From contig NZ_CP168083.1 of the NCBI RefSeq assembly GCF_049478495.1, positions 1,832,991 through 1,856,990 on the forward strand: a stretch of 24,000 nucleotides of DNA. The letters run 5' to 3'. Of the stretch, positions 19,552 to 24,000 are shown in pieces; the first letter of the stretch is position 1; the number at the start of each line of letters is the position of its first letter. The position numbers were made by a program, and so were the translations under genes. Source of the DNA: Mycoplasma sp. P36-A1 (GTDB lineage Bacteria > Bacillota_I > Bacilli_A > JAJDGJ01). A model generated the notes under the pieces. That model did not search any database and was not told where the DNA came from. It saw nothing but the letters and a program-made list of their open reading frames with translations.

Positions 19552-19703
19552 AAATTTCAGTTCCTTTCGTTTATTTAGAAACGGTTCTTCCCAGCCATTA
19601 TTATAAATCATACTATTACTTACAAATACTAGAATTAATCCTACTGTGCATGTGATAACTTCATTTCTACTGTTATTATAGCACAACCATTTTATTCTAA
19701 CAA
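19552..19703 (-). promoter_or_regulatory. csp promoter plus ~117-nt 5' leader
   Basis: On the minus strand: TTGTTA (19698-19703), a 17-nt spacer, then TGcTATAAT (-10 hexamer at 19675-19680). The long untranslated leader is typical of cold-shock mRNAs. Confidence 0.6.
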
Positions 19704-19946
19704 CGTTTGAATTAACATTGTAACTTCGATTTTAAACATTTTAATAATCTTAACAATGAATAATTGAATGTTTATGTATTTTAAAGCGGTTCAAAAGTAC
19801 TTTTATACTCAATATGTAAGCCTTTTCTTATATATTTTTTTATATGTTTATTATTTGTTGACATATGAACTTTTTTGTGTAACTTCAATTTTAACTAAAT
19901 TTTAACTTTCACAGTTGTCATAATACGTTTTATATTACTATATATA

Positions 19947-19971
19947 CAAAAAAAGCACTCAATTAAGTGCT
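19947..19971 (-). terminator. Rho-independent terminator after tagD
   Basis: AGCACT (19954-19959) pairs with AGTGCT (19966-19971) over a 6-nt loop. On the minus strand a T-run follows (A-run 19948-19953 on plus). Confidence 0.65.
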
Positions 19972-19978
19972 AGTTTAG

Positions 19979-20383
19979 CTATTTTTTTAAACTTTTTTCT
20001 AAATCTCTTTTAATCTTTGTAGTAGATATTCCTTCTGTTCTTGGTAAATAGATAACTTCAGTATAATCTTTTAAGAAGTCAAATTCACCTTTCCAGTCAT
20101 CACCTATTACAAACTTATCTGCTTCGTATTTAACAACGTCACTACTCTTTTGATCCCAATTTTCTTCTGGGATAACTAAATCTACATATCTAATTGAGTC
20201 TAACATCATTTTTCTTTCTTCATATGAGTGATAAGCTTTCTTACCTTTTTTTTCATTGAACTCATCTGTTGATAATGCAACTATTAAGTAGTCTCCTTCT
20301 TCCTTTGCACGTTTTAATAGACGTATATGACCCCAATGTAACAAGTCGTATGTACCATATGTTATAACTCTTGTAAATTTCAT
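19979..20383 (-). CDS. tagD: Glycerol-3-phosphate cytidylyltransferase
   Basis: 134 aa, collinear with my recollection of B. subtilis TagD. Motifs: ITYGTYDLLHWGH (HxGH), AYHSYEER and RTEGISTTKIK. Confidence 0.92.
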   Translation of the reverse strand: MKFTRVITYGTYDLLHWGHIRLLKRAKEEGDYLIVALSTDEFNEKKGKKAYHSYEERKMMLDSIRYVDLVIPEENWDQKSSDVVKYEADKFVIGDDWKGEFDFLKDYTEVIYLPRTEGISTTKIKRDLEKSLKK

Positions 20384-20385
20384 CT

Positions 20386-20919
20386 TTATTTCTCCTTTAA
20401 AACTCCTTGTACATAGTAATATAATTCTTTATCATAATTTTTTGTACAGGTTATTATTGTTATAGTATTTCTTTTTTCTAATGAAAGGCTTTTATTTCTT
20501 TCAATTATTCCTGTTTCTAATACTTCAAATGCTATTTGTTTATTATTAATTTTCAAATATAAGCTATCTGATTTTACTAGTTCAGGTATTCTATTAAAAA
20601 CCAAGTTATATGTATCTGTATAATGACCATATATTGTATAACCTTTTTCTGAATATTCATATAATGATACTAGATTATTGTTATCTATTATATTTTGTGA
20701 TTTTGAATATTCTGTGTTATAAACTGGTTTTTCTAATGATATTTTAGGTATTGATAATATATTATTATTAGATTCTAAATTTACTATCTTTTTTATTTCT
20801 TTTTCATCTTCTTTTGTTTGTAGTTCTAATAATACTTTTGCTTTATTTCCATCTACTATTATCAATATACTACATAATATTAAAAGTATTGTTGTTAATA
20901 CTTTTTGAATGAGCACCAC
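20386..20919 (-). CDS. Sortase-fold membrane-anchored protein (atypical: no Arg after the Cys)
   Basis: 177 aa with an N-terminal TM. Sortase landmarks are SIPKISLEKPVY, IYGH (catalytic His context), VFNRIPELVKSDSLYL and TIITC (TLxTC). The GTG start lies directly after the noc TAG, and the stop is 2 nt before the tagD ATG. Confidence 0.55.
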   Translation of the reverse strand: MVLIQKVLTTILLILCSILIIVDGNKAKVLLELQTKEDEKEIKKIVNLESNNNILSIPKISLEKPVYNTEYSKSQNIIDNNNLVSLYEYSEKGYTIYGHYTDTYNLVFNRIPELVKSDSLYLKINNKQIAFEVLETGIIERNKSLSLEKRNTITIITCTKNYDKELYYYVQGVLKEK

Positions 20920-21687
20920 CTACTTTTTCAATAATATTTCTATTTTCATTCCTTCTTCTGTTTCATAATTATCAAAAGTAACGTTAACTCCTGTTTTTTT
21001 TATCATATTAATTGATTGTTTTATGGTATTTACTTCTAATCTATAATCATTTTTTACTACAATTCTTTTTTTAAGTGGTTTCTTTATTTTAGCAATCTTT
21101 TTATCTATTAATGCTTCTGTTTGTGCTACATTAAGCTTTTTTTCAATAATTGTGTTTACTATTTCTTCCTGATCAGCTATTGAGCTAAATTTTAATAGTG
21201 CTCTTCCGTGTCTTTCATTTATATCTTTGTTTACAATATGCTCTTTAACTTTTTCACTTAGACCTAATAATCTAAGTTTATTAGCAATTGTTGACTGTGA
21301 TTTTCCTAATGAATTAGCTAATTGTGATTGTGTATAGTCATGTTCTTTTATTAATTTTTCAAATGCAATTGCTTCTTCAACCGAGCTTAAATTTTCTCTT
21401 TGAATGTTTTCTATTATAGCAATCTTAGCAGATTCTTTATCATTATAGTTTGTAACAATTGCTTGTATTTTAGGTTGTTTTAGATGCATTGTAGCTCTTA
21501 ATCTTCGTTCTCCAGCAACTAATTCATAACCATCTCTTGTTTGTCTTACAACTATAGGTTGTATTAATCCGTTCTCATTTATTGAGTCTGCTAGTTCTAT
21601 TATATGTTGTTCACTAAAATTTAGTCTTGGTTGATGTGGATTCAACATTATTGAATCAACTGTAATCTCTTTGATATCTTTCTCCAC
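20920..21687 (-). CDS. noc: ParB-family protein, Noc-like (nucleoid occlusion type)
   Basis: 255 aa with ParB box GLIQPIVVR and ELVAGERRLRA. The HTH segment GKSQSTIANKLRLL and the C-terminal RLEVNTIKQSINMIKKTGVNV...IEILLKK resemble Noc rather than Spo0J, judged from my recollection of the B. subtilis sequences. It sits directly after rsmG. GTG start with GAGGGGGG RBS. Confidence 0.75.
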   Translation of the reverse strand: MEKDIKEITVDSIMLNPHQPRLNFSEQHIIELADSINENGLIQPIVVRQTRDGYELVAGERRLRATMHLKQPKIQAIVTNYNDKESAKIAIIENIQRENLSSVEEAIAFEKLIKEHDYTQSQLANSLGKSQSTIANKLRLLGLSEKVKEHIVNKDINERHGRALLKFSSIADQEEIVNTIIEKKLNVAQTEALIDKKIAKIKKPLKKRIVVKNDYRLEVNTIKQSINMIKKTGVNVTFDNYETEEGMKIEILLKK

Positions 21688-21700
21688 TACTTTTCCCCCC

Positions 21701-22405
21701 TCATAGCGGCTTTTTCTTTATTTGCCCAAAACTTCTTGGGTATTTTATTGGTGTTTTATTTACCTTCTTATATAATAACAAATATCTTGTACTATGTTCA
21801 CTAGATAGTTCATATTTTTTTATGTTTAGTTCTTTTCCACCAAGTATATCTATTCCTTTTTTGGCTTCTTCTGCCTCTTCTAATCCTTGTTTACCCTTTA
21901 ATGCTAAAAAATATCCATTCTTTTTAACTAATGGCAAGCATAGTTCATCTAATATATTTAATCTTGCAACGGCTCTACCAGTTGCAATGTCATATTTTTC
22001 TCTATTATTAAGTGCAAATTCTTCTGCTCTTCCTGAAATAGCTGTAACATTTTCAATTTGAAGTCTGTTAATTAATTCTTTTAAGAAAATAATCCTTTTA
22101 TTTAAACTATCTACTATTGTAATTTTAAGATTAGGGAAAATAATTTTAAGAGGAATACTTGGAAATCCGGCACCTGCTCCTATGTCTACAATACTCTGAT
22201 CTGAAAAATCTATCATAGTTGAAGCTAACAAGCAATCATAAAAATGTTTTTCATAAACTTCATCTTCCTTAGTTATTGCAGTTAAATTCATTTTCTCATT
22301 CCATTCAACTAATGTCTTATAATAAATATCAAACTTATTTAATTGTTCTTCGCTAATATTAATATTAATTTCTAATAAAGCCTTAGTAAATTGTTGTTTA
22401 GTCAT
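21701..22405 (-). CDS. rsmG: 16S rRNA (guanine527-N7)-methyltransferase RsmG (GidB)
   Basis: 234 aa with SAM motif DIGAGAGFPSIPLKI. It overlaps the mnmG stop by 8 nt and ends in TGA. Confidence 0.93.
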   Translation of the reverse strand: MTKQQFTKALLEININISEEQLNKFDIYYKTLVEWNEKMNLTAITKEDEVYEKHFYDCLLASTMIDFSDQSIVDIGAGAGFPSIPLKIIFPNLKITIVDSLNKRIIFLKELINRLQIENVTAISGRAEEFALNNREKYDIATGRAVARLNILDELCLPLVKKNGYFLALKGKQGLEEAEEAKKGIDILGGKELNIKKYELSSEHSTRYLLLYKKVNKTPIKYPRSFGQIKKKPL

Positions 22406-24000
22406 TTAAACCTCCTGTTTTGATATACAGAAGTAAATTTTGTATATCACTTGGATTAATACCTGAAATTCGTGATGCTTGACCTATAGATTGAGGTCTA
22501 ATATTAGATAGTTTTTGTCTAGCCTCTAGTGCTAAATTAGAAACCATTTCATAATTTATTTTAGAAGGTATTATTTTATCTTCTAGTTCACGATATTTTT
22601 TTGCTTGATTAACAGCTTTTTTAATGTAACCTTCATACTTAACATCTACTTCTACTGCTTTGATTGCTTTATCATCAAATACAATGCTTTGATTAATGTT
22701 TTCTAGTAAGAATTTCACTGTTATTTCTGGTCTTTTTAACAATTCAAGAGCGCTTACGCCTTCGTATAGTGGACTTGAATCAATCTCTTTAAACCTTTTG
22801 TTTATTTCACTCTTTGGTGTAAATCTGCTTGTATTAAGTAAATTTTTTAACTGTTGTGTTTGTTCATCTATATTCAATAATGCATTATATCTTTCTTGTG
22901 ATACTAATCCAGCTTCATATCCTTTAATAGTTAAACGTTGTGAAGCATTATCTGTTCTTAATAATAAACGATATTCAGCTCTACTTGTTAATAATCTGTA
23001 TGGTTCAGCAGTACCTTTAGTTACAAGATCATCAATCATAACACCTATATAGGCTTCATCTCTTTTCAAGATAAGGGGCTCTTTTTGCATTAATGATAAT
23101 CCTGCATTAATACCAGCCATAATTCCTTGTCCTGCTGCTTCTTCATATCCACTTGTACCATTGATTTGACCAGCAAAATATAATCCATTTACTAATTTAG
23201 ACTCTAAACTTGCATAGAGTTGGGTAGAATCTATAGCATCATATTCTATAGCATAACCATATTTTAATATTTTAGCGTTCTCAAGACCTGCAATACTGTG
23301 AATCATTTTTTCTTGAACATCTCTAGGCATAGAAGTAGAAAATCCCTGTACATAGATTGAGTTCATCTCTCTTGATTCTGGTTCTAAAAATAATTGATGT
23401 CGATCTTTATCACTAAATCTAACTAACTTATCTTCAATAGATGGACAATATCTTGGTCCAATTCCTGTGACTACTCCTGAATACATACTTGATCTACTTA
23501 AATTATCATTGATAATTTTATGAGTTTCTAAATTTGTATAAGTAAGATAACAAGGTACCTGTAAGTCGTATGGAACATATTCTTTTGTCATGTCTGAAAA
23601 AGCGAGTTTTTCATTTGTACCGTACTCTACACTTGTTTTTGAAAAATCTACAGTATCAAGAGCGACTCTTGCAGGTGTTCCTGTTTTAAGTCGTTGTAAT
23701 TTAAAACCTAATTCTTTTAAACGAGCAGATAGTCCAATTACACTATCATATTCATCTGGTCCTTTACTAGTAACTTCATCACTTATAAGTTGACAACTCT
23801 CTAAATATGTACCAGATGTTATAATAACTTTTTCCGCATGAATTTCTTTTCCATTTTTAGTTATTACCCCGGTAATATTCTTTTTATTATCCACTATTAA
23901 ACTTATAACACTATCTTCTAGAACTTCTAAATTACTTTGGTTCAATACAACATCTTTCATAAATGCTGGATATTTAATTTTATCAACCTGTGCTCTAAGT
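22398..24000 (-). CDS. mnmG: tRNA uridine 5-carboxymethylaminomethyl modification enzyme MnmG (GidA); 5' end outside the window
   Basis: Motifs GPRYCPSIEDK and GQINGTSGYEEAAGQG. The reading frame stays open upstream of the track's Met (LRAQVDKIKYPAF-MKDV...) up to the window edge, so the gene is N-terminally truncated by the window. Confidence 0.95.
   Translation of the reverse strand, partial: LRAQVDKIKYPAFMKDVVLNQSNLEVLEDSVISLIVDNKKNITGVITKNGKEIHAEKVIITSGTYLESCQLISDEVTSKGPDEYDSVIGLSARLKELGFKLQRLKTGTPARVALDTVDFSKTSVEYGTNEKLAFSDMTKEYVPYDLQVPCYLTYTNLETHKIINDNLSRSSMYSGVVTGIGPRYCPSIEDKLVRFSDKDRHQLFLEPESREMNSIYVQGFSTSMPRDVQEKMIHSIAGLENAKILKYGYAIEYDAIDSTQLYASLESKLVNGLYFAGQINGTSGYEEAAGQGIMAGINAGLSLMQKEPLILKRDEAYIGVMIDDLVTKGTAEPYRLLTSRAEYRLLLRTDNASQRLTIKGYEAGLVSQERYNALLNIDEQTQQLKNLLNTSRFTPKSEINKRFKEIDSSPLYEGVSALELLKRPEITVKFLLENINQSIVFDDKAIKAVEVDVKYEGYIKKAVNQAKKYRELEDKIIPSKINYEMVSNLALEARQKLSNIRPQSIGQASRISGINPSDIQNLLLYIKTGGLND

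Noticed and set aside
19858-19885. Plus-strand promoter-like sequence TTGACA-16-TAACTT upstream of the tagD terminator.
   Set aside because: The -10 is weak (3/6). There is no downstream plus-strand ORF and no T-run after the hairpin on that strand. It is mentioned only in the csp-region finding.
19084-21700. I searched for parS (TGTTNCACGTGAAACA) or Noc-binding (ATTTCCCGGGAAAT) sites near the ParB-family gene.
   Set aside because: By eye there is no CACGTG-centred or CCCGGG-centred palindrome of that type in or around the gene, so none is reported.

Overview
Low-GC, Bacillota-type chromosomal segment. It is densely coded and almost entirely transcribed on the minus strand. TGA is a true stop (rsmG ends in TGA), so the standard bacterial code applies. 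Reading right to left in the direction of transcription, there are three main gene blocks. (a) An origin-proximal-type block mnmG(partial)-rsmG-noc-like parB-sortase-like-tagD, tightly coupled and closed by a terminator. (b) A stand-alone cold-shock gene with its own promoter, long leader and terminator. (c) A long tsaC-rpiB-upp-atpZ-atpI-atpB-atpE(x4)-atpF-atpH-atpA-atpG-atpD-atpC cluster. An intact 1516-bp ISL3-family insertion sequence follows, with imperfect inverted repeats and an 8-bp target duplication, sitting exactly at the T-tract of the atp terminator. Next comes a cluster of a choline-kinase-like gene, divIC, tilS, hpt and ftsH. After it lie a promoter-to-terminator mini-gene for a 32-aa hydrophobic peptide (absent from the ORF track), a divergent DsbA-like gene, and a LytS-type kinase with a LytTR response regulator that runs off the left edge. 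The most unusual feature is the atp operon. The c-subunit gene is present as four head-to-tail copies with an exact 255-bp period. The copies encode identical proteins and differ only at synonymous sites. The protein carries the complete Na+-binding signature of Na+-translocating F-ATPases. Secondary oddities are a sortase-fold protein with no Arg after the catalytic Cys, a Noc-like ParB with no N-terminal extension, and a hairpin made from a third copy of the IS inverted-repeat core. All functional calls rest on motif recognition by eye; no database search was possible.
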